A DNA stretch of 44,844 bases from a virus. Lineage: Duplodnaviria > Caudoviricetes. The stretch is from the IMG/VR virus record IMGVR_UViG_3300032225_000646, positions 1-44,844 of that record, one strand, 5' to 3'. Below the pieces are notes generated by a model, which saw only the letters and a program-made list of their open reading frames with translations, ran no database searches and was not told where the DNA came from. Positions 36,442 to 44,844 of this stretch are shown in pieces. Both the position numbers and the translations under genes were made by a program. Every line of letters begins with the position of its first letter. Position 1 is the stretch's first letter.

Positions 36442-36864
36442 TTACTTGCGTGTAACACGTTTGAAAAACTTCTCCTGCTGAGCTTTAGTCATTGACTCAA
36501 CCAAAGCCAAAGCCTGCTCCACAACATCTACCTGAGTTGATACTGTTGTGCTACTTGTTGCGGTAAGCTCAGGGCGAATGATGTGATACCTAAAGTCTGA
36601 ATAGGCTCTTGAATAGGCGTTGTTGTGCTCCTTGTTGCGTTGAGTACGGCTCTTGGAGAGAATTCTCTCCGCAACTTGTTGCGTAACATCTAATTGACCC
36701 ATCAAGTGTTGCGTGACCCATTCCTTGAGCCTGTCGGCTCGTGTTGTGCTGTCGGCTTTCTTGTACTCCAAATGCCACACAAAAGATGACTCACGCAACA
36801 AGCGGGCTTGAGTGCCTAGACCAAAGGCGAATTGTGGATAGGTCACAACGATTGCTTTACTCAT
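36442..36864 (-). CDS. First leftward early gene, hypothetical
   Basis: Start MSKAIVV after GAAGGAG. Confidence 0.65.
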   Translation of the reverse strand: MSKAIVVTYPQFAFGLGTQARLLRESSFVWHLEYKKADSTTRADRLKEWVTQHLMGQLDVTQQVAERILSKSRTQRNKEHNNAYSRAYSDFRYHIIRPELTATSSTTVSTQVDVVEQALALVESMTKAQQEKFFKRVTRK

Positions 36865-36919
36865 AATGTAATACTCCTTCGTTTGGTTAATGCCGAATGA
36901 ACCCTCACTCGACAACAAC

Positions 36920-36945
36920 AGTATAGCTTTAGGGGTATTTGGCAA
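36920..36945 (-). promoter_or_regulatory. Possible early leftward promoter
   Basis: TATACT at 36920-36925; TTGCCA upstream but the spacer is only 14 bp. Confidence 0.35.
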
Positions 36946-37195
36946 CGGCTTGTGCAATGATTTGACCCCACCCGATACCCACCAAGCCTAATGGCGTTAA
37001 ACGAGGCTAGCTAGGTGCAACACTGTTCCTCAGCCATTCCGTTGAATTTTGTCAAATCTTGTAAATTCCGACCCCCCGGGGGTACTATAAAAAATTCAGA
37101 AGGGCATGTCTAATTTTATACAGAAAAGTGCATAAAATTTTAATAAAAAATACGGTACAATTGGTGCAGTGCAATATAACCTAAAGGAGAAAACC

Positions 37196-37318
37196 ATGTT
37201 TGATTTCACTAAACAAACCAAGCAGTTCGAAGAGTTGGCCCAGCGCATCAAAGAAGTAAACGATTTCTGGGTTGACGCATTCATCTCAAGCATCAAGCAG
37301 TTTACAAAAACCAAGTAA
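37196..37318 (+). CDS. Small 40-aa amphipathic protein (not in ORF track)
   Basis: AAGGAG RBS; MFDFTKQTKQFEELAQRIKEVNDFWVDAFISSIKQFTKTK*; TACAAT at 37156-37161. Confidence 0.7.
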   Translation: MFDFTKQTKQFEELAQRIKEVNDFWVDAFISSIKQFTKTK

Positions 37319-37319
37319 T

Positions 37320-37349
37320 AAAAAAACCCCCACGTCTTAGGTGGGGGTT
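37320..37349 (-). terminator. Intrinsic terminator, U-tract on minus strand (may be bidirectional)
   Basis: 9-bp stem AACCCCCAC/GTGGGGGTT, 7-nt loop, A7 run at 37320-37326 on +. Confidence 0.8.
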
Positions 37350-37411
37350 CAAACGAGGATGTACTAATCATCAACAACTAACGCCCAAACGAAGGAGTAA
37401 AAAACGTTAGT
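37320..37411 (-). ncRNA. Candidate trans-acting small RNA antisense to early-gene RBS leaders
   Basis: Minus-strand TATAAT at 37418-37423, 5' stem-loop, 11-15 nt complementarity to five leaders, terminator. Confidence 0.55.
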
Positions 37412-37494
37412 AAGTAAATTATACCCAAAAAACTAAAAACAAGATATACTCCAGCCATACGTGAGCACCACACGCAACCAAAGGGGAATAGCAG

Positions 37495-38070
37495 TTGTTT
37501 TTAGAACACTTAGTTTCAGCATCCGCCGCAGACTACACGCCTGAACTTAATCAGGCTAACGACTTTGATCCCCTAGAAAACCTTACCCCAGCGCAAACCC
37601 TAAGCGCACAACACAAAACCAGTAAGTGGCTAGAGGCATTTGCTGATGATGACGAAGCTACGTTAACAGAAGCCCAACAAGAAAAAACGGTTGACGCATT
37701 CAACGCTTTAACCCGACACGACCCGTCCGCCAAACAACGCCTTTTAGAATTAGATTTACCAGAAGAGATAAAAACAGCCGTAGGCATGGTGACGGCATAC
37801 CAGTGGAAGTTTATTGAGCAGGCAGAAAACCTTAGAAGCATGGCAGTGACGCATATAGTCAAAGAAGTTAGCCACCCAGATGCAAGAATCCGCTTAAAAG
37901 CATTAGAAATGCTGGGTAAGGTTACAGAAGTGGCCTTGTTCACAGACAGGGTATCCGTAAAATCAGAAGATGTTACGGACGAAGAGCTTGATGCCCGCAT
38001 TAAAGAGAAGCTGGGTAAGTACATGGGCGCTGTTGATGTGGTAGATGCCGATGTTAAGGACGTGGAGTAG
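37495..38070 (+). CDS. Putative terminase small subunit
   Basis: TTG start, directly upstream of TerL; RLKALEMLGK..V.LFTDR motif; TATACT at 37445-37450. Confidence 0.6.
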   Translation: MFLEHLVSASAADYTPELNQANDFDPLENLTPAQTLSAQHKTSKWLEAFADDDEATLTEAQQEKTVDAFNALTRHDPSAKQRLLELDLPEEIKTAVGMVTAYQWKFIEQAENLRSMAVTHIVKEVSHPDARIRLKALEMLGKVTEVALFTDRVSVKSEDVTDEELDARIKEKLGKYMGAVDVVDADVKDVE

Positions 38071-38072
38071 TA

Positions 38073-39605
38073 ATGAATTTAGATTTCTTTACTCCAGAAG
38101 AAGCCTTGGCAGCACAGAAGGCGCTTAAAGACATGGACAAGGTGGAGAAATTGGCGTTTCTTGCTGACTTAGAGAAAAAAGAACACAGGTTTGGGTTACA
38201 CACAGCCAAAACCAGCCCGATAGAGTTTGCAAAACGCATATATCCCGGGTTTAAAGTAGGCCCGCACCACAAGCGCTTAGCTAAAATCTTCCAAGATGTA
38301 GTCGATGGCAAGAAGAAGCGGGTCATTATTAATATTGCACCACGTATGGGTAAGTCTGAGTTCAGCTCTTACTTATTTCCCGCCTATTTTTTAGGCAACT
38401 TCCCGCACAAGAAGATCATCATGGGAACCCATACAGCGTCTCTCTCCGAAGACTTTGGTCGACGGGTAAGGAACTTAATTGATAGCGAAGAATACAGAGA
38501 AATCTTCCCAAACACAGTCGTTGCAGACGACCAAAAAGCTGCGGGAAAATGGAGTACAGGTGCTGGTGGGCAGTATTATGCTGCTGGTGTTGGAGGCGCT
38601 CTTGCCGGACGGGGTGCTGACCTTTTTGTTATCGATGATCCACATTCCGAACAAGATATGAAGGCTAACAGCCGCTTAGCGTTTGATAATGCTTGGTCTT
38701 GGTTTCAGACTGGACCGCTGCAACGTTTAATGCCGGGGGGTGCGATCATCGTCATTATGACTAGATGGTCATTGTTAGATTTGACAGGGCGTTTGATCGA
38801 CTACCAGATTAAAAACCCAGAGACTATACCTTGGGAAATAGTAGAACTGCCAGCCATAGTTAACGCAGGTACGGATGATGAGAAAAGTCTTTGGCCTGCG
38901 CAGTGGAGCCTAGAAGCTCTAAAAAATACCCAGCAGTCCATTGACCCACGGTATTGGAACGCCCAGTACATGCAGAACCCGACATCAGATATGTCAGCGC
39001 TGGTAGGTCGAAAGGATTGGAAAATATGGGAAGGCGAAGATCCACCACAGTGTGAATACGTCATCCAGTCTTGGGATACGGCGTTTGAAACAAAGAACAA
39101 TTCAGACTATTCTGCGTGCACAACGTGGGGGGTTTTTTATGACAACGAAGATAAACGCAGCCCCAATATTATTTTGCTAGACGCATTTAAAGACCGCATG
39201 ACCTTTCCGGAGCTAAAACAAATTGCACTCAAACACTACAAAGAATGGACCCCCGATGCCTTCATTGTGGAGAAAAAGGCGGCGGGTGCCCCGTTAATAC
39301 AAGAACTGCGTTTGATTGGGATACCTGTACAAGAATTTAGCCCGTCGCGTGGTAACGACAAAATGGTCAGATTGAACGCCGTAGCTGACCTATTTACATC
39401 TGGTAAAGTGTGGGCACCAGATACACGCTGGGCAAGAGAAGTAATTGAAGAGATTGCCAGTTTTCCAGTTGGCGAACACGATGACTTCGTGGATACTTGT
39501 ACTCAGGCCCTTTTGAGATACAGGCAAGGGGGCTTTATTAGCCTTGAAACAGATGAGCAAGAAGATTTAACTTACAAATACCGCAGACGTGCGGCATATT
39601 ACTAG
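38073..39605 (+). CDS. terL: Terminase large subunit
   Basis: APRMGKS Walker A, VIDDPH Walker B, MTRW, YMQNP, SWDTA, HDDFVD. Confidence 0.95.
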   Translation: MNLDFFTPEEALAAQKALKDMDKVEKLAFLADLEKKEHRFGLHTAKTSPIEFAKRIYPGFKVGPHHKRLAKIFQDVVDGKKKRVIINIAPRMGKSEFSSYLFPAYFLGNFPHKKIIMGTHTASLSEDFGRRVRNLIDSEEYREIFPNTVVADDQKAAGKWSTGAGGQYYAAGVGGALAGRGADLFVIDDPHSEQDMKANSRLAFDNAWSWFQTGPLQRLMPGGAIIVIMTRWSLLDLTGRLIDYQIKNPETIPWEIVELPAIVNAGTDDEKSLWPAQWSLEALKNTQQSIDPRYWNAQYMQNPTSDMSALVGRKDWKIWEGEDPPQCEYVIQSWDTAFETKNNSDYSACTTWGVFYDNEDKRSPNIILLDAFKDRMTFPELKQIALKHYKEWTPDAFIVEKKAAGAPLIQELRLIGIPVQEFSPSRGNDKMVRLNAVADLFTSGKVWAPDTRWAREVIEEIASFPVGEHDDFVDTCTQALLRYRQGGFISLETDEQEDLTYKYRRRAAYY

Positions 39606-39613
39606 GACCAAAA

Positions 39614-42061
39614 ATGAGCATAGAAAAAAGTTTATACGCAGCCCCACAGGGTTTAGCGGGCATAGAGCAAGAGCCGGACATTGAGATTGAGATCGAAGAT
39701 CCAGAAGCAGTAAAACTTAGCATCGAAGGTGAAGAAGTTTTGTCAATTGAAAAAGGCGAAGAAGACTTTGATTTTGATGAGAACTTAGCTGATGTTCTTG
39801 ACGATTCTGTTTTACAAAGTCTGGCTAGTGACCTGTCTGAAGATATTGATAACGACATCGGCTCCCGCTCAGATTGGGAGAAGATGTATAAAGACGGCAT
39901 TACGTTATTAGGTTTGAAGTTTGAAGAAAGAACTGAGCCTTGGGACGGTGCTTGCGGTGTGTTCCACCCGATGATTACAGAAGCGGTGGTGAGGTTTCAA
40001 TCTGACACTATCATGGAAACCTTCCCAGCAAAGGGACCTGTACGTACGCAAATCATTGGGCGTGATACCCCAGAGAAAAAAGATGCGGCTACTCGTGTTG
40101 AAGATGACATGAACTACCAGCTTACAGAGAAGATGCCTGAGTACAGACCTGAGCACGAAAAGATGCTTTGGAATTTGCCAAGTGCCGGTTCTGCGTTTAA
40201 GAAGGTTTACTACGACCCGAGCCTAGGGCGTCCAGTATCAGTGTTTATCCCAGCTGAAGACATCATACTGCCGTACGGCATCTCCGAAATTAATACTTGC
40301 CACCGCATTACACATCGCATGCGCAAGACTAAAAACGAGCTGTTAAAGCTAATGAACGCTGGTTTTTATTGCGATATTGATCTTGGCGAACCAGATAAAT
40401 TTACTAGCGAAATTCAAGAAAGCAAAGATAAAGAGACTGGCTTTTCCGCTAACAATGACGACCGCTTTGAGATGTACGAGTCACACGTTGATTTGGACAT
40501 CGAGGGTTATGAAGATAAAGATGAAAACGGCGAGCCTACCGGGATTGCACTACCTTACGTAGTGACCATGATTCGTGGCACAAACGAGGTCCTAGCTATT
40601 CGCCGTAACTGGAGAGAAGACGATGAACTCAAACTTAAACGCCATCATTTCATACATTACCAATACATTCCGGGCTATGGCTCGTACGGTTTTGGTTTGT
40701 TCCATCTTATTGGCGGTTATGCTAAGTCTGCTACTAGCATCATGCGTCAGCTCGTGGACGCCGGTACCCTCTCCAACTTGCCGGGTGGCCTTAAGGCCCG
40801 TGGATTGCGTATTAAGGGCGACGACACCCCAATTGCACCGGGCGAATTCCGTGACGTAGATGTAGGATCAGGTTCTATCAGAGAAAACATTCTGCCGTTG
40901 CCATACAAAGAGCCTTCGATGGTTCTGTCTGGCTTGATGGATAAGATCATTGATGAAGCGCGTCGTTTTGCCGCAACATCTGACATGAAGATTTCTGATA
41001 TGTCTAACCAAGCTCCAGTAGGTACAACGCTGGCAATTTTGGAAAGAAGCCTGAAGGTAATGAGTGCGGTACAAGCCCGTGTTCACTACGCCCTCAAGCA
41101 GGAATTGCAGCTTATTGCTGGTTTGATTCGTGACTACACAGATCCTGACTATACCTACGAGCCAGAAGAAGGTCGTCCAAGCGCCAAGCGTGAAGACTAT
41201 AGCATCGTTGAGGTAATCCCTGTATCAGATCCAAATGCAGCAACCTTAAGCCAACGAGTTGTCCAGTACCAAGCTGTTATTCAGATGGCGCAAATGGCCC
41301 CGCAGATTTATGACTTGCCGTTTTTACACCGTCAAATGCTAGATGTGTTGGGTATCAAGCACGCTAACAAGCTCGTGCCGTTGGAAGATGATGAGAAGCC
41401 AAAAGACCCTGTAACAGAAAACCAGAATGCACTGCGTGGTAAACCACTCAAAGCGTTTGCGTTCCAAGATCACGAGGCTCACATCAAGGTTCACCAGATG
41501 GCTATGCAAGATCCAATCGTACAGCAACTCATTGGACAGAACCCACAAGCTCAGGCAATTATGGGTTCTATGCAGGCGCATATTGCAGAGCACGTCGGTT
41601 ACGCATACCGCAACAAGATTGAGCTGGCATTAGGCGTAGCGTTGCCAAATCCAGAAGACGAGTTGCCACCAGAGTTGGAAAAAGAAATCAGCCGTCTCAT
41701 GGCAGAAGCCGCACCGCAAGTGTTGGCAGAATCCAAAGCTATGGCAGCGCAGCAGCAAGCGCAGCAAAACGCACAAGATCCTGTATTACAACTGCAGATG
41801 CAAGAACTTGAGCTTAAGAAACAAGAGCTACAACTTAAAGCACAAAAAATTCAAGTTGATGGTGCAGCTAAAGCCGATGAATTAGAACTCAGAAAGCAAG
41901 AAATTGAGACTAAAGCAGAAACTGCGGTAGCCAAAATGACCCAAGAATTAGAGAAAAACCGTGAAAATCTTCATTTAAAACAACAACTTGACGGCGCTAA
42001 ACTAGGTGTAGATATTGCCAAATCACGGGCTCAAATGAATAAAACACCAAAAGGAGAGTAA
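39614..42061 (+). CDS. Portal protein
   Basis: 815 aa after TerL; GSAFKKVY, YGFGL, IAPGEF motifs; coiled-coil C-terminal barrel as in P22-like portals. Confidence 0.85.
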   Translation: MSIEKSLYAAPQGLAGIEQEPDIEIEIEDPEAVKLSIEGEEVLSIEKGEEDFDFDENLADVLDDSVLQSLASDLSEDIDNDIGSRSDWEKMYKDGITLLGLKFEERTEPWDGACGVFHPMITEAVVRFQSDTIMETFPAKGPVRTQIIGRDTPEKKDAATRVEDDMNYQLTEKMPEYRPEHEKMLWNLPSAGSAFKKVYYDPSLGRPVSVFIPAEDIILPYGISEINTCHRITHRMRKTKNELLKLMNAGFYCDIDLGEPDKFTSEIQESKDKETGFSANNDDRFEMYESHVDLDIEGYEDKDENGEPTGIALPYVVTMIRGTNEVLAIRRNWREDDELKLKRHHFIHYQYIPGYGSYGFGLFHLIGGYAKSATSIMRQLVDAGTLSNLPGGLKARGLRIKGDDTPIAPGEFRDVDVGSGSIRENILPLPYKEPSMVLSGLMDKIIDEARRFAATSDMKISDMSNQAPVGTTLAILERSLKVMSAVQARVHYALKQELQLIAGLIRDYTDPDYTYEPEEGRPSAKREDYSIVEVIPVSDPNAATLSQRVVQYQAVIQMAQMAPQIYDLPFLHRQMLDVLGIKHANKLVPLEDDEKPKDPVTENQNALRGKPLKAFAFQDHEAHIKVHQMAMQDPIVQQLIGQNPQAQAIMGSMQAHIAEHVGYAYRNKIELALGVALPNPEDELPPELEKEISRLMAEAAPQVLAESKAMAAQQQAQQNAQDPVLQLQMQELELKKQELQLKAQKIQVDGAAKADELELRKQEIETKAETAVAKMTQELEKNRENLHLKQQLDGAKLGVDIAKSRAQMNKTPKGE

Positions 42062-42064
42062 TAA

Positions 42065-42271
42065 ATGGATGTACTAACCATGAATTTTTTACAAGTATTA
42101 CGCGATAAATTTCGTGCAGATATGAACAATTTCACTGATGATTTGGCAAATGGTCAGTGCGCGTCCTTTGAGCAGTACAAAGAACTTTGCGGGGTGATTC
42201 GAGGTCTAGCCTATGCAGAGCGCCATTTAATTGACCTCGCTGAAAACATAGAGAAAGAAAACGATGAGTGA
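42065..42271 (+). CDS. Conserved small head-module protein
   Basis: 68 aa, 'YKELCGVIRGL', between portal and GroES-like gene. Confidence 0.65.
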   Translation: MDVLTMNFLQVLRDKFRADMNNFTDDLANGQCASFEQYKELCGVIRGLAYAERHLIDLAENIEKENDE

Positions 42272-42698
42272 AACCATCGCGTTACCAGAAACGGAATTAA
42301 TCCTGCCGCTGGGCGTTAAAGCCCCAAAAGTGGACCAAGAGTATGAAGCAGCAGCAACAGAAAATAAAGCAAAAGCACTACCCGACCCTAAAGGTTGGCG
42401 TTTGCTCTGTGCATTAATTGATCCTGATGATACCTACGAAAGTGGGCTTGCTAAAGCAGATAAAACCAAGGAAATTGAGGAATTAACCTCACCAGTGCTG
42501 TTTGTTATCAAACTGGGGCCCGGCGCCTATGACCCAGAAAAGTTCCCAGAAGGTGCGTGGTGTAAAGAAGGCGACTTCATTATTACCCGTCCGTATACCG
42601 GAACCCGTCTAAAAATCCACGGAAAAGAGTTTCGCTTGATTAATGACGATCAAGTTGAAGCAACTGTTGAAGACCCACGCGGCATTACCCGCGTATAA
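42264..42698 (+). CDS. GroES-like co-chaperonin
   Basis: P.GWRLL, ESGL, VIKLGPGAY, WCKEGD, Y.GT, EFRLINDD. Confidence 0.85.
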   Translation: MSETIALPETELILPLGVKAPKVDQEYEAAATENKAKALPDPKGWRLLCALIDPDDTYESGLAKADKTKEIEELTSPVLFVIKLGPGAYDPEKFPEGAWCKEGDFIITRPYTGTRLKIHGKEFRLINDDQVEATVEDPRGITRV

Positions 42699-42709
42699 AG
42701 GAGATACAC

Positions 42710-43678
42710 ATGGCAAATGATGACTACAAATTCCCGCATGAGGTTGAAGAAGAAGATCAGGGTAAACCCGTAGATGAACTTGATATTGACATTGACGCCG
42801 AAGGTGACGTTGATATTCAGATCGAAGACGACACCCCTGAAAAAGACCGTGATGCAAGACCCCTTGGTTATGAAGTTGAAGACCCTTCAGACGAAGAACT
42901 TGATGAATATTCTAAAAGCGTTCAGCTTAAGATTAAAAAACTTACGCACGCAAGGCATGATGAAAGACGCGCTAAAGATGTGGCTATTCGTGAAAAAGAC
43001 GAGCTTGAGCGTATGGCTGCAGCAATCTTGGAAGAAAATCGCAAGCTCAAAGAGTATGTAAAAAATGGTGAAGTTACCTACGCCGAAACCTTGCAAGCTA
43101 AGGCTGAAGCGGATATGGAGATGGCTCGCCGCAAGTACAAAGAAGCACAAGAGTCTTATGATTCCGACGCTATGCTTGCAGCACAGGAAAATTTGACAGA
43201 TGCTAAGATGAAATTAGAGTCTGCAAAAAATTTCAAGCCAACCCCTTTACAAAACGATAATTCTGCTGTACAAATACAATCATCGTCCCAAGAAGCACCG
43301 AGACTCGACGATAAAACCTTGCGCTGGCAAGCAAAAAACCAGTGGTTTGGGTCTCCGGGATACGAAGAAATGACAGCTTTTGCACTAGGGCTGCACCAAA
43401 AACTAGTTGCTACGGGAGTAGATCCCCGCTCTGATGATTATTTTTCTCGCGTTGATGGACGCTTAAAACAAGTGTTCCCTGAGTTATTAGGCATTTCTGA
43501 GTCAGCTGACAGAAAGGCTGATCCAGTTAAGAAACCTGCAACTGTAGTGGCCTCTTCTTCCCGTTCTTCTGGAACAAAGAAAGTAGTCAAACTAACTACA
43601 ACCCAACAAAGGTTGGCAGATAAATTTGGCTTATCCCACAAACAATACGCACAAGAAGTTCTTAAACTGGAGATTTAA
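42710..43678 (+). CDS. Putative capsid scaffolding protein
   Basis: Acidic N-terminus, coiled coil, W..N.WFG, C-terminal helix; upstream of MCP. Confidence 0.65.
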   Translation: MANDDYKFPHEVEEEDQGKPVDELDIDIDAEGDVDIQIEDDTPEKDRDARPLGYEVEDPSDEELDEYSKSVQLKIKKLTHARHDERRAKDVAIREKDELERMAAAILEENRKLKEYVKNGEVTYAETLQAKAEADMEMARRKYKEAQESYDSDAMLAAQENLTDAKMKLESAKNFKPTPLQNDNSAVQIQSSSQEAPRLDDKTLRWQAKNQWFGSPGYEEMTAFALGLHQKLVATGVDPRSDDYFSRVDGRLKQVFPELLGISESADRKADPVKKPATVVASSSRSSGTKKVVKLTTTQQRLADKFGLSHKQYAQEVLKLEI

Positions 43679-43680
43679 AA

Positions 43681-44133
43681 ATGACTAATAAACGCACACC
43701 ACGGGATTTAGAAACCCGCGAAAAAACCGAAACTCGTTATGTTTACAAACCACCGAGCTCATTGCCTGATCCAACACCAGACCCAGATTATGTATTTCAC
43801 TGGGTAGCAACAGCGATCGCTGGACAACCGAACGACACTAACGTGTCTCAGAAGTTCCGTGACCACTGGGTGCCATGTAAGGCAGTGGATCATCCCGAAT
43901 TGCAGGTTCAAGCAAATAAGGATGGAAATGTTGAAATTGGTGGCTTGCTTTTATGTAAGAAACCAAGAGAGATGGCTGAAGCTAGAGATGACTATTACGA
44001 TAAAAAAGCTCGTAATCAAATGGATTCTGTAGACAACAGCTTTCTACGTAATAGTGATGCCCGCATGCCCCTGTTTAGTGATCGCAAGAGCACAACAACT
44101 AAAGGTAGTGGGTTTGGTAGTGGTTCTAAATAA
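43681..44133 (+). CDS. Conserved head-module protein
   Basis: 150 aa between scaffold and capsid genes. Confidence 0.6.
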   Translation: MTNKRTPRDLETREKTETRYVYKPPSSLPDPTPDPDYVFHWVATAIAGQPNDTNVSQKFRDHWVPCKAVDHPELQVQANKDGNVEIGGLLLCKKPREMAEARDDYYDKKARNQMDSVDNSFLRNSDARMPLFSDRKSTTTKGSGFGSGSK

Positions 44134-44154
44134 CTTTTTAATTAGGAGATTTAA

Positions 44155-44781
44155 ATGGCTTATCCAACCGTTTCAGCTCCCTACGGCCTAGTTCCAATTA
44201 ACCGTGTAGATGGTATGCCGTATGCAGGTGCAATTCGTCAGATTCCGATTGCGTCCACATACAATACAGCTATCTATAACGGAGACATTGTTCGTATAGC
44301 CGCAGGTGGCACAATTCAGAAATCAACCGTAACTGTTGACTCTACTACAGCAGCCGCAAACAACACTTATGGTGTGTTCATGGGTGTTCAGTACGTAAAC
44401 AGCCAAAGTCAAACTGTACAAGCTCAGTACTATCCCGGTAATGCTGCTGCTACTTCAGCTATTGCTTATGTAGTTGATGATCCTATGGCTGCTTTTAAAG
44501 TAGCTGTAACTTATAGCGGTAATGCTACTATAACTACAGTTAACCAAAGCATCGTTGGTACCAACATGTCTGTACGTCAAGGTACTGGCAGCACTACTAC
44601 TGGTGATTCCGCTGTTTCTGTATATGCAACTGACGCACAAGGTAATGCAGCTGCACTGCCAGTTCGTGTAGTTGAAGTTGTTCCAGCAACTGCATCTAGC
44701 GCTGGCGCATACACAGAAGTGGTAGTAAAGCTTAACAACCCACAAATTCTCCGAACCACTGGTTTGGATTACGCAGCTTAA
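44155..44781 (+). CDS. Capsid decoration / minor head protein
   Basis: Beta-rich A/T/V composition, APYGL.P, GDIV, GVF.G, V.DDP; immediately before MCP. Confidence 0.65.
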   Translation: MAYPTVSAPYGLVPINRVDGMPYAGAIRQIPIASTYNTAIYNGDIVRIAAGGTIQKSTVTVDSTTAAANNTYGVFMGVQYVNSQSQTVQAQYYPGNAAATSAIAYVVDDPMAAFKVAVTYSGNATITTVNQSIVGTNMSVRQGTGSTTTGDSAVSVYATDAQGNAAALPVRVVEVVPATASSAGAYTEVVVKLNNPQILRTTGLDYAA

Positions 44782-44793
44782 GGAGCTAAATAA

Positions 44794-44844
44794 ATGGCTA
44801 TTTCACGCGCACAACTACTAAAAGAGTTGCTCCCGGGCTTAAAC
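44794..44844 (+). CDS. Major capsid protein, N-terminal fragment
   Basis: AAGGAG RBS; MAISRAQLLKELLPGLN, an N-terminus I recognise from MCPs of this phage group; truncated by the window end. Confidence 0.75.
   Translation, partial: MAISRAQLLKELLPGLN

Larger units (their letters stand above)
32487..36670. repeat. Dispersed 16-bp palindrome GGAGAG-N4-CTCTCC, 8 copies
   Basis: Copies start at 32487, 34280, 34633 (ATTT), 35168, 35574 (AAGT), 35982, 36201, 36655; six have the AATT centre. Confidence 0.95.

Noticed and set aside
32487-36670. Palindromic repeats as a CRISPR array or integron attC array
   Set aside because: Spacing is irregular (about 220-1800 bp), copies lie inside genes, and no cas or integrase gene is present
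37096-37377. 93-aa minus-strand ORF overlapping the candidate sRNA
   Set aside because: Non-ATG start, no RBS, runs through the terminator and is antisense to a well-supported 40-aa gene

Overview
The whole window is most of the genome of a tailed dsDNA bacteriophage (Caudoviricetes, podovirus-like), cut inside its structural module. The + strand carries the end of the virion module (1-13706: putative ejected/internal proteins and a 2992-aa polyvalent protein) and the start of the packaging/head module (37495-44844: TerS-like, TerL, portal, GroES-like, scaffold, decoration protein, N-terminus of the major capsid protein). The - strand (36864 to 13690) carries small early genes, an AAA+/vWA-metallopeptidase module and replication genes (family A DNA polymerase with Leu at position 762, PD-(D/E)XK nuclease, SNF2 helicase, SSB-like protein, primase-helicase). 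No integrase, tRNA, rRNA or CRISPR array was seen. Three non-coding signals stand out. (1) A candidate ~92-nt minus-strand small RNA (37320-37411) has its own -10 box and terminator and carries two segments complementary to the ribosome-binding leaders of five early genes. (2) Eight copies of the palindrome GGAGAG-N4-CTCTCC are confined to 32.5-36.7 kb, four of them inside coding sequence. (3) An AT-rich element bracketed by inverted repeats (35242-35538) looks like a replication origin. Protein calls come from motif recognition only; no database searches were run.
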